NCBI RefSeq assembly: GCF_036971445.1
Contig: NC_091474.1
Span: 90,582,001 to 90,646,000, forward strand
Length of the DNA: 64,000 bases
From: Narcine bancroftii
Taxonomy: Eukaryota
Direction of reading: 5' to 3'
Below are positions 1-12,860 of this stretch, one piece after another; the first letter of the stretch is position 1, and the number at the start of each line of letters is the position of its first letter. Below the pieces are notes generated by a model. That model was not told the DNA's origin. It made no database searches and was given only the letters and a program-made list of their open reading frames with translations. Made by a program: the position numbers and the translations under genes.

Positions 1-125
1 AGGCGACTCAGTAAATAAGTTGAAGACAAGGTGGGGAAATTAAGGGATATGGGGAAAAGGCAGGTGGGCGGAGATGAGCCTACTGGCCGACTCCTGCTCC
101 TATTTTTTCTTATTCTATTGTTTCT
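1..125 (+). mobile_element. 3-prime tail of a CR1-like LINE
   Basis: Nearly the same sequence as the tail at ~36520-36660 (ggggaattaagggatatggg..ccgactcctgctc..ttcttat), which follows CR1-type ORF2 end residues. Confidence 0.6.
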
Positions 126-448
126 TAAACACCCTTTCTTGGTGTTCATTTGATTTTCGTTTCATTGTAATTGTAAGTCGTACTATTTACACGGCTCTTT
201 GAATGTTAGAGATAACGTGTTGGGCTACTCAGGGGAGACCTTCCCACTGTACATGGTGCAGTGTGACAAGTCAATGTCAACTTTAAAGAGCACACCTCCT
301 TGACGACCTCTCTCGCCATGGAATACTCGAGCAGACGGGTGCCAGTCACATCCATGACTTCTGACTGATTGGCTCCTCTGAGTCGGGGTCCCTTTTCGAT
401 GGGAAATGTCCCTGAGATGTTTCTAATAGTTACTGCGTCTGTTCTCAG

Positions 449-1377
449 ATACAACAAGGGTGCTACCCGAGGGAGAAGACGGAGTGAGAAGGCACATTTT
501 GGTCTTTAACATGACCATCCCACGACAGGAGGAGATCATCGCCGCCCAGCTGAGACTGTACGCCTTCGTTGACACGGACAGGAGGATGTACGATGGGTTC
601 AACAGGATAGTCCGAGTTTATGACATCGGGCAGCCGGGAGACGACTCGCAGGAGATCTCCACGCCAACTCAAATGTCCCTACTGACCTCCAAACAGGTTG
701 CTGTCAGGACCGGCGGTTGGGGAACCTTTGATGTGACCGAGGCCGTGAAACGGTGGGTGAGATCCAACCGAACGACTCATGAGCTTGAAGTTCACATCGA
801 ATGCGCCCCGGAAGGGCAGCCGGGGGCATTGGTCTTGGACAGCGAGCCGAGGTGGGAGAGCAAGAACGTGCCGTTGCTGGTGGTCTTCTCCGACGACCGG
901 GGTCTCGGGAAGGGAGACGAGGTGGGGGAGATGCTCGTGCACGAGCGGGAGGTGGCGTGGGAAGATCTGGCCGACAGGTCGGGGTCGGGCGGCCGAGACC
1001 AAGAGCAGCCCGTGCTCCCGCTGGACACCCCGTCAAGAGCGCGCAGGGACGCCAAGGGGAATTACTGCAAGCGCTCTCCCCTCCACGTGGACTTCACCGA
1101 GATTGGCTGGAACTCCTGGATCATAGCCCCGAAAAGTTACGAGGCTTACGAGTGCAGAGGGGTCTGCTATATCCCCCTCACGGATCACGTCACGCCCACA
1201 AACCACGCCAGGATCCAGACCCTGGTGAACCACTGGAACCCAGAAAAGGCGTCCAAGGCGTGCTGCGTTCCGACCAAGCTGGACCCCATCTCCATACTGT
1301 ACAAGAACAGTGCCGGCGTCACTACTTACAAGTACAAGTACGAGGGGATGGTGGTGGCGGAATGTGGTTGCAGATAG
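449..1377 (+). CDS. GDF2: BMP9/BMP10-subfamily TGF-beta ligand, terminal coding exon (prodomain C-terminal part plus mature domain); GDF2 by synteny
   Basis: Acceptor ttctcAG at 447-448 (phase 1, D-T-T-R-V-L). RARR furin site, then the cystine-knot mature domain (CKRSPLHVDF..WIIAP..CRGVC..CCVPTKL..CGCR), TAG 1375-1377. Family is certain. The symbol rests on position upstream of RBP3, because many residues are BMP10-like. Exon 1 is outside the window. Confidence 0.85.
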
Positions 1378-1391
1378 TGTCAAGTATATAT

Positions 1392-1988
1392 TACACACAG
1401 ACACACACACTCCCACATTCCCTCTCACACACACACACACCTATCTCTCTCACACACACATCACATATCACACACAGACACACACACTCTTACACACACA
1501 CCACCTATCTCTCACACACACACTCCCACACTCTCTCTCACACACATACACACCACCTATCTCTCTCACACAGACATCTCACACACACATCACATATTAC
1601 ACACAGACACACACTCCCACACTCTCTCTCTCACACACACACCACCTATCTCTCATACACACATCACATAACACACACAGACACACACACTCTCTCTCTT
1701 TCACACACACACACCACTTATCTCATATATAATATATATAATAACATATATAACAATTACAGCACGGAAACAGGCCATTAGGCCCTTCTAGTCTCTCACA
1801 CACACACTCCCACACTTTCTCCCACACCACCTATCTCTCTCACAGAGATCTCACACACACATCACACACAGACACACTCTCTCTCACACACAGACACTCA
1901 TACACACACACACTTTCTCACACACACACCACCTATCTCTCTCACACAGACATCTCTCTCACACACAGACACACTCACTCACACACAC
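1392..1988. repeat. Composite (CA)n/(CT)n low-complexity microsatellite in the GDF2 3-prime UTR
   Basis: About 600 bp of interleaved CA and CT runs with recurring sub-blocks (cacctatctctc, cacatcacat), interrupted at ~1725-1795 by an AT-rich stretch and a retroposon-tail-like sequence. Confidence 0.95.
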
Positions 1989-2169
1989 TGAACCAGTCTC
2001 ATTCTTGTAAATCTGTACATTTGGGATGCAAATTTATATATTTGTTTATTTAATGACCAGATATGTACAGCTGACCAGTAGATATGGTTTGTAACGTTAG
2101 AAACTTTCATGGAAAGGGTTTCATTGTAAATTCATTCACGGTATACGATTGTGTAATCGCCCCACGCCA

Positions 2170-2175
2170 AATAAA
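2170..2175 (+). terminator. Candidate polyadenylation signal of GDF2
   Basis: AATAAA about 800 bp after the stop codon, downstream of an AU-rich UTR segment. Confidence 0.5.
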
Positions 2176-2704
2176 CGTCGCGTTTTCTCCAGAATCCACA
2201 CTCTCTGTTGAACTCACGATTGTGTAAATTCAGTGTCAGTGGAAAATCTGCCAAAATTGGGTTGAGAGCAGCATAGCGAAAGGAACTGGTTTCTGTATGT
2301 CTGATGATACTGAAAACTTGCTAGTGACAAGAGGTCGGTCGCCACGCTTGCAGAATTATCCCGTAACCTATCACCCCCTCCCCCCCCCCCCCCCCCAATC
2401 CTGCATTGGTAAACTCAGCATGCCTTCCCGCGGCCAACACACCCGCGGGCAATCACTTTCTGCGAGCAAAAAAACCGGAGAGATAAACTGTCTTTTTTTT
2501 CCCCAACACACTCTCACTATTCGCAGAGAAAGGGGTCAATAGGCCAGAACACCACAGGACAACGAAATCTCGGCCAAGAACAGCTTGTTAAGTGGGATCT
2601 CTACCCGCCGCTGGGCCCCAAGTTGAGTTCGTAAATTATACTCCTCTAAAAAGACATCTCTCCTGATTAGTAGATTGTAAATGAATGGGCGGGGTGGCTA
2701 ATAA

Positions 2705-3504
2705 CACTGGGCATTTTTTTTCAATAGGTTGAAAAAAAAGGGGATTATGGTAGACAACTTCAAGACGAATCCAGAGGTCATTTCAGATTTGTTGTATTAT
2801 ATAGGACGTTGGATAAACAGTAACTTCTAAATTTATAATGCTGACATTATAAATTTCAGTTCTATGGACCTAAAAATGTTTTGCTGCTGATGCTCGTTTG
2901 TACTCGGCATCTGATGCCTCTCGTGTCAGTGTCCAACAATAGTCGACCAGCTTTGATAGCGCTGATACTGCTTTTCCGTGGTGGCAATGTCCCGGGTTTC
3001 ACCGTGTTTGGAACTGACTGCAGCAAGATCAGCAGGGAAGACGTCCAACTGTGAATGTAGAAAATGAATTTTCACTGACACATTGTACATTCTGCCTGAA
3101 GTAGACTTAAAATATGACAGGAAATCACAAGAAATGTTATATCTTTTTTAAAAAGCGATAAGTGATTGGAAATTTTGTATGCTCGAAGCACGCTGACAAT
3201 CAACTGGATTTTTGGTGCTCTGTAGTTGCCAAGAAATTTTTAAATTTAAATTTAAATCCTTCCAAGCATGCCATGGCCTAAGACTGAATTTTGCATAGCA
3301 CCTGCTCTGAGGGCATGCCTTGGACTGACCAAAACAGCTTATTTTGCGGGCAATACACTAGTTGACTTAAAATCACAAAATATAGGTTATATCTTAAAAC
3401 CTATACATGGATGGAAATTTTTGAGGTGATTTTTGTGATCAGCAGCCATCATCCATAAAATGCACCCAAAAATGTTCAGAAAACAACGTTTTCATTGTCC
3501 ATTT
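2705..3504 (-). mobile_element. Chapaev3-like (CMC superfamily) DNA transposon deletion derivative, copy 1
   Basis: Terminus CACTGGGCA at 2705 and degenerate TTGTCCATTT at the other end, with TAA on both flanks. Minus strand encodes decayed KIHFLHSQLDVFPADLAAVS..HGE..DIATTEKQYQ. Homologous to the copies at 7287 and 14287. Confidence 0.6.
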
Positions 3505-4159
3505 TAACTGGTGAAGAGGACAGGAGGAATCAATTAACAATGTTAATTGGTTGTAATAAATGAAGGCGAATATTTCCGAATGAATGGGAATGATCAAGTT
3601 GCCAACCTTGCTTTAAATTCTTCAAAGGCTATTATTTATAATATTGGAGCGGCATACAGCAAAGAAACTGGCCCTTTGGCCAAAAATCCCCTTCCTGTCC
3701 ATTGCACTCACATGACAGAGGGGTGAGGAAGGGTCACAAATGACCCCCACGGCCCATATATTTCTCAACCCTATGTGAAATGGACTGTTAAGGCGATAAC
3801 GTGCGTTTGCGGAGAGCTTTTGTGGCCTCAAGTAGCCCCAACTGTGGTACGACCACGTCTGGGAGCGAGCACCATTGTGGGGAGTCAGAGACTCATTGCA
3901 CACACTGACCACCCACATTCCGTGCTGCTGTCTGCAATTCCTGGCCAGCTGTTGGCTCCGGGGTCAACTGTACAGGACAGTGGAGAGATGCCCGTCTCTC
4001 CAACAGTCTTCCTACATTTTATATGCTCAGCTGAAACCACAGAATCATGGATCCTCAAAACACTGGTATAATTTAAAGTTTTACCGATTTCCAGGGTAAC
4101 TGTAATTATTCAATCAAATACATATATCTAAAAAAACCCCACAATGATGGAGAAAGGCA

Positions 4160-4470
4160 GCAGGTCAAATTTTGTCACTTCGTGTAGTAAAGATACGGAT
4201 ACATAATGTGTTGGGCTTGAGCCCTTCATCAAAATATGAGCAAAATGTAGACAGGCCCCTGAACAAATTGTGGGGGTGAAGAGAAGGGGGAGGAGCACAG
4301 TTGCCACAGGCAGAAGATAATAGGTGGAAGAGGAAGGGAGGACACGGCAGCAAACAGGAGGAGGGAGATTGCTCTATGAATGGCAAAGGAAGGGAGTGGA
4401 GAGCTGGAGGAAAGAAGACAAAGGGATGGGGAAGAGAGGGAGAGTGGTGTGTGGGAAGGGAAACAAGTTT
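4160..4470 (-). mobile_element. Penelope-like element 3-prime/pseudo-LTR fragment
   Basis: Minus strand has a pyrimidine-rich tract followed by ttgatgaagggctcaagccc; the motif recurs at many other sites in the window. Confidence 0.5.
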
Positions 4471-5169
4471 GGTAGGTTCAAAGAGCAATGAGTCTGGATA
4501 CGTTTTTGGAGGAAGGAAATCCCTGCTGCTCTCAAAATAAGTATGTCTGTCAATACCAATGCCCTATAATTATTAATGTGAATAGCTCTGTTTTCAGTCG
4601 AACAAGGTCGTCGGAGATGAGAAGGACTGAAGAGCATTCAAGCTAAATGCCTTGTCGGAAGAGATCGGGGCAGTGAAGCTTTTTACCCATGGACGATGCC
4701 TGACCCAAGGAGTCCCCCCAGTTTCTCATTCTTTGATGGCAACTTTGGGTGTGACCTGAAAAATTAATAGGGACCACGTTCCTAACCGGTAGTGTTAAAG
4801 AAAGGGCCACCACAACAATCAGAACATTGATTTGGAATATTCTTCTATTAAAATCAACAGTTCAGTTCACCCTGAACATTTTACCCATTTACATTTCATT
4901 CTATGGAAATAAAAATAAATATGACCAGAATAAGCATATGGAATACATGTTATAAATTATAAAGATCCACCCAGAGCCACTTCTGTCCCAATCCTTGATG
5001 CTCTCTGTGGTTGTATTTGCTTCCTTCATGTTGTTCCATACATAGACCAAGAACATATACTTCCCCATCCGTGGAACAATCCACTTTAGGTGAAATTGAG
5101 TGTTGAAATTGAACCCACATCCACCACCTCCACTGGCAGCTTTATCCATAACATACCTCTTTAAAAGTT

Positions 5170-5420
5170 CACCTTTTAAGTCTTAACCTGCATTCTTGTC
5201 TCACCCGACCTCAGTCTGTTTCCATTTACTCTATCTACGCTCCTCATAATTTTGAATACCTCTATCAAATCTCCCCTCATTCTCTGACACTCCAGGAAAT
5301 AAAATCCTAAATTATTCACCCTTTCCCTATAACTCAGCTCTTCAAGTCCCAGCAACATTCTTGTAAATTTTCTCTGCACCCTTTCTTGATATCCCTGTAG
5401 GTAGATGACAAGAATTGCAC
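5170..5420 (-). mobile_element. CR1-like LINE ORF2 3-prime fragment
   Basis: QRKFTRMLLGLEELSYRERVNNLGFYFLECQRMRGDLIEVFKIM is the typical CR1-clade ORF2 C-terminus. Confidence 0.8.
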
Positions 5421-6734
5421 ACTAATCTCAATGAATTTACACGTTTGTTAGATTTCCGTGTTAGGCTTCCAGTGATTTAAAGAAAGCACACCACGCAAAT
5501 AATATTCACATTAATGAACGCTGTTTATTTTTGACCATTTAAATTTGACATTTTGGAAAAGTTTCTGAATTTGTTGTAAAAACTACAAGATGAGGCTAAT
5601 GTTTATGACATCTTGTGAAATTAAAAATAAATGGTTACAAAAATAAATTCTGGACATTTCAAATCTGCAAATTAAAATGCTAGAAATTAGATCAAATTAA
5701 CTAATGGAGGTTCACAAATTTGTTTTTTGATGATTCCTCTTTAATGATTCACATGTTAAGTTTTGAATTTACAGTATGTACACGCTAGAAAAATCGTCAG
5801 GTCTGTACTCGAAATGACCCTTTCTCAGGGGAACGGCTTCTGTTTGCCTTTGCACTCCGGCACTAATTATGGGGGAGAAACAAGACAAGGACCTTATTCA
5901 TGGTTCCCATCCAATGGCAGTACCGAGAAGTACATTTATGTGTGGACTTAGAGAAGTGTGAGGTGTGAAATTCTGATATGTTTAAATGCCCTGTCAATAA
6001 TTATGACCTCCTCTGGTTCCCAATGTATAAGCTGTTGAGTGAAATCCCAACTACTACTTGCAGAATAGTAGTTCAATCTGTCAGTACTTACAGGAGGCAG
6101 AAAAAATAAATGCCAAAAATGTGGCATTTTGAGATGCATTTGTGATTTCAATCAACATTGCAATCTTTCTTAAATTCCAACTTCATAGAGCTCACATCCA
6201 GGAAGTATGGTAATCCAGTTATTAACTTATTGGATTGGTATCCAAATCCCTGGGCTACTGATTTGGAGGCGATTGTATATCTCTCTTCATTGTATGCAGC
6301 TCTGAATACAGTCATCCTCCTGGTATGTGGAATTCAAGGAACTGGCAGCCTCAAATGCTCACCTTTGGGCCGACTCTCCTACTTCACCCTGGCCAGAGGC
6401 TTTATCTGTAAACTTAATTATCTATACTGTTATTGTTCGTCCTTCGAGTAGCTCCATGGAAGGAGAGGAACCTGCCAATGCCATGACTGTTAAATGTTTT
6501 CAAAGAATGGGACTTAAAATAAAGTAAAATGCTTTATGGTTTATGCATTCTTGCAAGGCAGGTTTCTTCAGTGTAAGTAGAGAATTTTTGTCTTTTAAAC
6601 TCTTAATGCAGGTGTATTTGTTTGGCATGGTAAGAGTAAGTCTCAAGCAACCGGAAAATACTTTTATCCAGCATCTACCAATCCCCATAGGTGCCGGATA
6701 GTGGGGGTTTTAATTGTACCTATACAATAGGAAA

Positions 6735-7130
6735 GAAATTGTTTGAAAGGGTGCAGTGAAGATTCCCTGGAATGTTGCCTGGATTAGAGGTCTTTGGTTA
6801 TGAGGAGAGATTGGATAGGCTAAGCTTCCCCCCCCCCCCCCCCCGCCCCATCCCAGGAGCAAAGAAGGCTGAAGGGTGATCGCACAGAGATACTGTATAT
6901 AAGATTAGAAGAGGCATTGTCAGATGAAACTTTTTCATCAAAAATAGGAGGGTGTGGGTTTCAGGTGAGAGGAAGGAGATTTACAAGTGATTAGAGGGGG
7001 AAATCGTTAGGCAGTGAGTGAATGATTTCCGAACCTCACTCCCAGAGGAGGTGATTGAAGAGACTTTCAGACATGCACTTGAATGGTCAAGTCATGATAG
7101 ATAGGGACTCGATGCAGCAAATGGGATGAG
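6735..7130 (+). mobile_element. Degenerate CR1-like LINE 3-prime fragment
   Basis: gaaagggtgcagtgaagattc..atgttgcctggattagagg..ttatgaggagagattggataggct; decayed version of the same ORF2 end. Confidence 0.65.
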
Positions 7131-7286
7131 CCTACATGACACAAGAAACTGTGACTCCATGGTTCTATTTTAGGTAAAGCATAATCTGAAGTTACTAAAT
7201 CATTGAATAGAGCCAACAAGCTGGAAGTCAACCAAGTCTATAATTGAGCCTAAATGTGATTCCTGACTAATCCATGTATCTGATGA

Positions 7287-7876
7287 CATTATACAATTTT
7301 TTTTCCAAAATGTTTGCTTCTTGAAAAAACAATTGGGGATTATGATAGACAACGTCAAGCTGAACACAAATACATTTCTTGTATCATGTGGAGAAACTTT
7401 AAATTAACTTTTATTGAATTTAATATGTTTGATTGCATAATGACGCTGACACATTGCCTTAGTTCAACTGACCTAAAAATGTTTTGCTGCCGATTTTCAT
7501 TTATACTCAACATCTGATGCCTCTCGTGTCAGTGTCTGACAAGAGTCAGCCAGCAATTAACAGATTCCAGTTGCCCTAATGCCGCTTTTCCATGGTCGCA
7601 ATTTCCTGGTGAAACCTATCGCCCTGTTTGTTACTGATGGCATCAAGATCAGCAGGGAAGATGCCCAAATGCAAATGCAGAAAATTAATTTTCAAAAATA
7701 TGTTGTACTTCATGCTGGAAGTAAACTGGAAATATGACAGGAAATCACAAAAACAGGTTACATCTAAATAACCGTACGTGGTAGGCAAAATTTAAGGGGG
7801 TTTTCATGACCAGCAGCCTAAATACCATAAAATACACTGAAAAATATTCAGGAAGTAAAATCCTCATTGTCCAGTG
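7287..7876 (-). mobile_element. Chapaev3-like DNA transposon derivative, copy 2
   Basis: Ends in TTGTCCAGTG. ORF 7576-7788 reads LKINFLHLHLGIFPADLDAISNKQGDRFHQEIATMEKRH, matching the SLKIHFLHSHLDFFP..GERFHQDI transposase C-terminus. Confidence 0.65.
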
Positions 7877-8479
7877 GATAGCCATCCAGTTTCACAAGAA
7901 ATTCAGCTTGGCAATACAGGTTTTTCCTCAAGACTCAATTCACACATATTCCACCTGTCAAAAGAAATTGTTTAAATGTGACAGTGGGGACCAGCTGTGT
8001 CACTTGTTTAGAGGCTGAAACATCACAAAGGTTCTCAGTCAAGATACTCTGGCTCCACTCCGGAACTACAAGGCCTTGAGAATTTGGATGCCAAAGCCAC
8101 CAGATTCATGAAAGTCAGTAGGGACATCTTGCACCAAGGTCAGCTAAGGTCACTGTGCATTCCTGCCTGGACAAACTCAGAATGAAAATTGAATAGGGCA
8201 TTACCACTAACATCAGTGAAATCTGGCCCCTACCCCTCTGCTCTCTCCTTGTTTGATCAACTAACCAGCATCTTACTTCCAGCATTATCCCTTCACACAA
8301 ACAAACCAATAGTGGGAATTAGGGTCAATGTTCAATTACTTTCTTGTTATTCTATTTTTCTTTCTGCAGACTTTATTTAATTCATGAACTATCTACATTA
8401 TTATTTTTACTACAGAATACAATGTATAATCTAATATAATAAAAACTTATCATCATCAAAATATAGAATAAAAAGAGAG

Positions 8480-8700
8480 CAGAGTTAGCGTGCCGGATAG
8501 CGCAACGCTGTTACAGCGCCAGCGATCGGGACCGGGGTTCAAATCCAATGCTGTCTGTAAGGAGTTTGTACGTGTTCCGTGTGTCTGCGTGGGTTTCCTC
8601 TGGATTTTCTCCCACCGTTTAAAATGTACCCGGGTGAAGATCAATTGAGCAGCACAGGCTGGTAGGCCAAAAGGGCCTGTTACCGGGCTGTATGTCTAAA
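8480..8700 (+). mobile_element. tRNA-derived SINE
   Basis: B-box-like ggggttcaaatcc followed by gtctgtaaggagtttgtacg..gtgtctgcgtgggtttcc. Related copies at ~12510-12860, 13420-13490, 32455-32620, 40320-40520 and 58140-58290. Confidence 0.7.
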
Positions 8701-9744
8701 TTACATTAAATTTAGATTAAGGTACTCAGCATACATGAGATCTGCTAGCCTGTGCTCCTACCCCTTTCCCTTCTCCTGCCCCCACCTCCCACACCCTTCT
8801 TATTTGGGTAGTTACTTAATATTTGGCATCCCTGAACGAAGACCCAGGCCTGAAACGTCACTTGCCTATTGCTCTCCATGGATGCTGTGTGACTCGTTGA
8901 GTTCCTCCAGCAGTTTGATGTGTTGTACAACTTCTCCAGCACCTGCAGATTTCCCGTTTGGCTCCAGAGAAAACTGACTTTCAGAAATTTTGCCTCATGG
9001 AGTGAAATTCTTACTTAAGTCAGTGACTTCCTGCAAATCCTGGCTCGTTAGTGATGCATTAAAAAAAAAATCTGAGAAAAAAACTGGATGTCATAGAATC
9101 CAAGACACTCTTCCACTTTAAATATCCCCAATGACTTGGCTGCTACAGCTGTTCATGGCAACAAATCCCGTAGATTCACCACCAAAAGAAATTTCTCCTC
9201 ATCTCTGTTCTAGAGGGACTTTCTGATATTCTGAGCCTGTGCCCTCTAGTCCTAGACTTTCCCATCATCTTCTCCACATCAATTCTACCCAGCCTTTTTG
9301 TAATATCTGGTATCTTCCATGAGATTTTCCCCCACCCCCACTCCTAAATTCTAGTGAATACAGGCCCAAACCCATTAAACACTATCACACTATTTGAGTT
9401 AGAGACTCCCAGATAATCTAACTGAAGTGCGGCATCTCTGCTGAGAAAGTTCAAAGAGCAGTGAAGATAAAGCAGGCAAAGAGAAGGAACAGAAAGTCAA
9501 TGCAAGGGCTAACTGGCTGTGAACTACTTGATAAAGAAAGAACTGAAGCACAAAGACACTGGACAATCAGTGGAGTGTGGTCGTGGTATTGCAGCGCCAG
9601 CGACCTTGGTTTGAATCTGGCACTGAGTGAGTCTTCAGATGCTGTGATTGTAGTAAAAACACACCAAAACTGACCGACTCCTAGGAGACAAAGGTATATT
9701 ACCAACGTTTCAGGCCTTGAGAAAAGGACAAAAGTAGTTTAAAG

Positions 9745-9839
9745 AGTATCTAAAAAAAAGTATGTAATAGGAAAATTTTAAGCAAAATCCATAAAATACA
9801 CTAAAAATTTTCAGGAAATAAAATCTTCATTGTCCAGTG
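9745..9839 (-). mobile_element. Terminal fragment of the same Chapaev3-like family
   Basis: ccataaaatacac..ttcaggaa.taaaatcttcattgtccagtg, the same pattern as the end of copy 2. Confidence 0.55.
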
Positions 9840-10640
9840 ATTACAGGGCATGTTCTGCCTGCTTGATCTCACAATATTAATACCAGACACATCTCTATGT
9901 GGATTAACTCTCAATAATGCCACCTCATTAAATTTCACAACAAATAATATTGCAAGAATACCAACACAACTTTATTCAGAGACCTAGTAGTCCTTTGGAT
10001 GAACGACTCTTTCCACTCACGCAGTCTTTTTGGCACAAGGGGAGGATAGGTAATACCACGAAGCTAGACCTATGCTTCACCCAAATGCAACCTCAGTGTC
10101 GAGAATGCATGATCTCACTGGCTGCCCTATTCTTTTAAGCATCTCCTGTGGTTCACAGCAACAAACTGAGCAAGGTCACCTGTAAATCTCTCTAAACGCG
10201 CAAATGGGACACTTTAAGTTGTCACTTTCGTGATCCATTTCAATCCTCTATGAAAGCAGTTTCCACATATTAAACTCCAAAGAGAGCACCGTCACTCAGC
10301 TATTCAATCACTGAACATTTCCAAATGAGCAAAAAGAAAAAGAGCAGGTGGCAGCTGTATGTCCCTCCTTATCTGATCTTTGGCCTCAGCTCATTGTCCC
10401 ATCTTATTTACAAATATATTCCCCTCCAGCACTAAAATCTATCTGCATCAGATATGAATATAATGTAATAATTTAGCATTCATGGGTCATTCACGAGTAA
10501 AGAATTCTAAAGTTGCATAGTCCTAAGAGGAAAATAAAATTAATTGTTTCAGTCTTGAATAGCTGATCGTTTATCGTGAAGCTGTGCTACGCTGTGACTG
10601 TAGTGCAATGCACGAGAAACTCAGCAGGCCACACCACATG

Positions 10641-10768
10641 NNNNNNNNNNNNNNNNNNNNNNNNNNNNNNNNNNNNNNNNNNNNNNNNNNNNNNNNNNNN
10701 NNNNNNNNNNNNNNNNNNNNNNNNNNNNNNNNNNNNNNNNNNNNNNNNNNNNNNNNNNNNNNNNNNNN
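10641..10768. other. Run of N (128 bp)
   Basis: Undetermined or masked bases. Confidence 1.
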
Positions 10769-11649
10769 GGTGCAGATAGGTTTAATGCTCTCTTTTCTAC
10801 ATGTTCATGGTGTTTAATAGTAGAGCCTCTTAATTACCTGATTTTTTAAAATCCCAAATAATTCCTTCAATATAAAGAACAATTTGGTTTATGCAACTTG
10901 TTTAGTAAAGTTAATCTTCCGATAGATTAGGCACTGCAAACTAATAACACGAGTTGTATACCACAAGTTTTGTATATGCAAAGATTGAAGATGGATCTTC
11001 AATCCATCTTTTTCACGTCATGGGTTTTGTTCATTCTTATAGGTCATTGCAATTGCTTATTCAAATCCTATGTGTAAATAGTTAACTGTAATAATGTGGT
11101 AAAACATCTCACTAACTATAGAGTGAGTTTCTCAATTCTTCCAATTCCATTCTCCTTTTGCCTATATAAAAACATGATCCAAGTGAATGCCTCCAGCCTG
11201 CATAAAAATGTGCATAATTGTCAAGGGGAATGATATTTTGCAATGCTGGTTCACAATAATTCCATAGAACATTATCAAAACATCTCTGTACTAATCAATG
11301 AAAAGGACATGGAATTTTGACGTTGATATTGAATCTGTTGTTGACTGTGAATGTACTATTAATAAGCATGAAAATCTGCAGAAGCTTCCTGCTGAGAACA
11401 ATTGAACAAGCCTTTCAGAATGAACTCACACTATCTGGATAACTTAACAACACAACAGTTAAATTCTGTGAAACTTGGTTTAATATCAGATGGTAAAAGA
11501 GCAACAGTCAAGACCCAATTTCTTTGTGCTCACTGTGAGTTGTCAGTATGTTCATTAGGTTAGCCTGGATGATAAATGTACAGAGATCAGGACACTAGTG
11601 ATTGTGGTCTACCTGTGGCTGTCCAAGTATTGCCAGGCACCGGACCCGG

Positions 11650-11970
11650 AAGGTGGAAGTTAATTGAGGTATTTAAAAGTATTAGGGGTATAGATAGAAT
11701 TGATGTGGAGAGGCTTTAAGAAAGGGGAAGGACATGAGTTGAGAGTTGGGGGCAAAAGTTTAGGGGAAACATGGGGGGGACTCAGAAAGTAGTGGGTGTG
11801 TGGAACAAGCTTCCAGACGAAGTAGTGGAGGGAGGCTCGATATTAGCATTTAAGGAGAAGTTTGATATGTGTATGGATGGGAAGGGTTATGGTTTGAGTG
11901 TAGGTGGGAGAAAGTGTCCAGCATGGACGAGAAGGGCCAAGTTGGCTGTTTTTATGGTGCAATTGTTCTA
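11650..11970 (+). mobile_element. CR1-like LINE 3-prime fragment
   Basis: LIEVFK-like segment, then TQKVVGVWNKLPDEVVEGGSILAFKEKFD. Confidence 0.7.
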
Positions 11971-12509
11971 TGTTTATATATAATGGCCCCTCAGAATCCA
12001 GTGACCAGAAATTATTTCATCCCAATTCTGGGAGAGGGAACCAGATATTCATAATGTTACCACTGTACATGTTTGTTTCCAAAGTACAGTGGTTTCTGAT
12101 TTGGTCCAATGCTAACATTTGAGCAATGTGTTGAGTCAAAGTTCACCCCCGGACCATTTTGAGCCTTCTCATTCCGTTCACCTGATGTTTTAATTCCTTG
12201 CTATCAGTGCCTGCTTTGCCAAAAAAAATCTAAAGTTGATACTATATTTAGCAGCCTTACATTTTTCTGCTGAACAACAAAATCAGGTCATTGTGTTTCT
12301 GAGATGACTGGCTTCCCATCCTCTTCTTACTTTCCATTTCCTTTCATCACAGATTATCCAAGTTGCATTGCATCCATATTCCTCAGCACAAGAATGAATT
12401 GAATGCCAGCATATAAAATTTGATTACCCCCATTTAACTATTTACACCTCTTCTTAATATTAACTTCCAGATAAATAAGAAGATGTAATCAACCTCCATC
12501 TTTAAAATT

Positions 12510-12860
12510 TCAGGGCCGCACAGTAACGCTGTTCGAGCACCAGTGACTGGGGTTCAAATCTGGCGCAGTCTGTACGGTAACAGGTCATTTTGGCGCGCAC
12601 AATTTACACCCTGTATGTTTTGAACAGTGGGAGGAAACCGGAGCCCCCGAGGAAAACTCATGCAGACACGGGGAGAACCTACCAACTCCTTACAGACAGC
12701 GCGGGATTCGAACCCCGGTCCCAATCGCTGGCACTATAAAGGCGTTGGACTAACCTCTACGCCAACTGTTCCACTCCAAGTACCTCAATTAACCTACAAT
12801 CCCCATACATTTTGAAGGGAGTGAGGAAACCAGGACACCCAGGAAAACCCCATGTGTTTA
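12510..12860 (-). mobile_element. Cluster of tRNA-derived SINE pieces, mainly minus strand
   Basis: Reverse complement of the 8480 SINE (aactccttacagacagcgcgggattcgaaccccggtcc) plus partial copies. Confidence 0.65.

Noticed and set aside
801-1781. 326-aa and 140-aa His/Thr-rich ORFs
   Set aside because: Alternative frames of the GDF2 exon running into the CA/CT microsatellite
8480-8700. tRNA gene
   Set aside because: A B-box is present but there is no cloverleaf; it continues into a repeated body found many times, so it is a SINE
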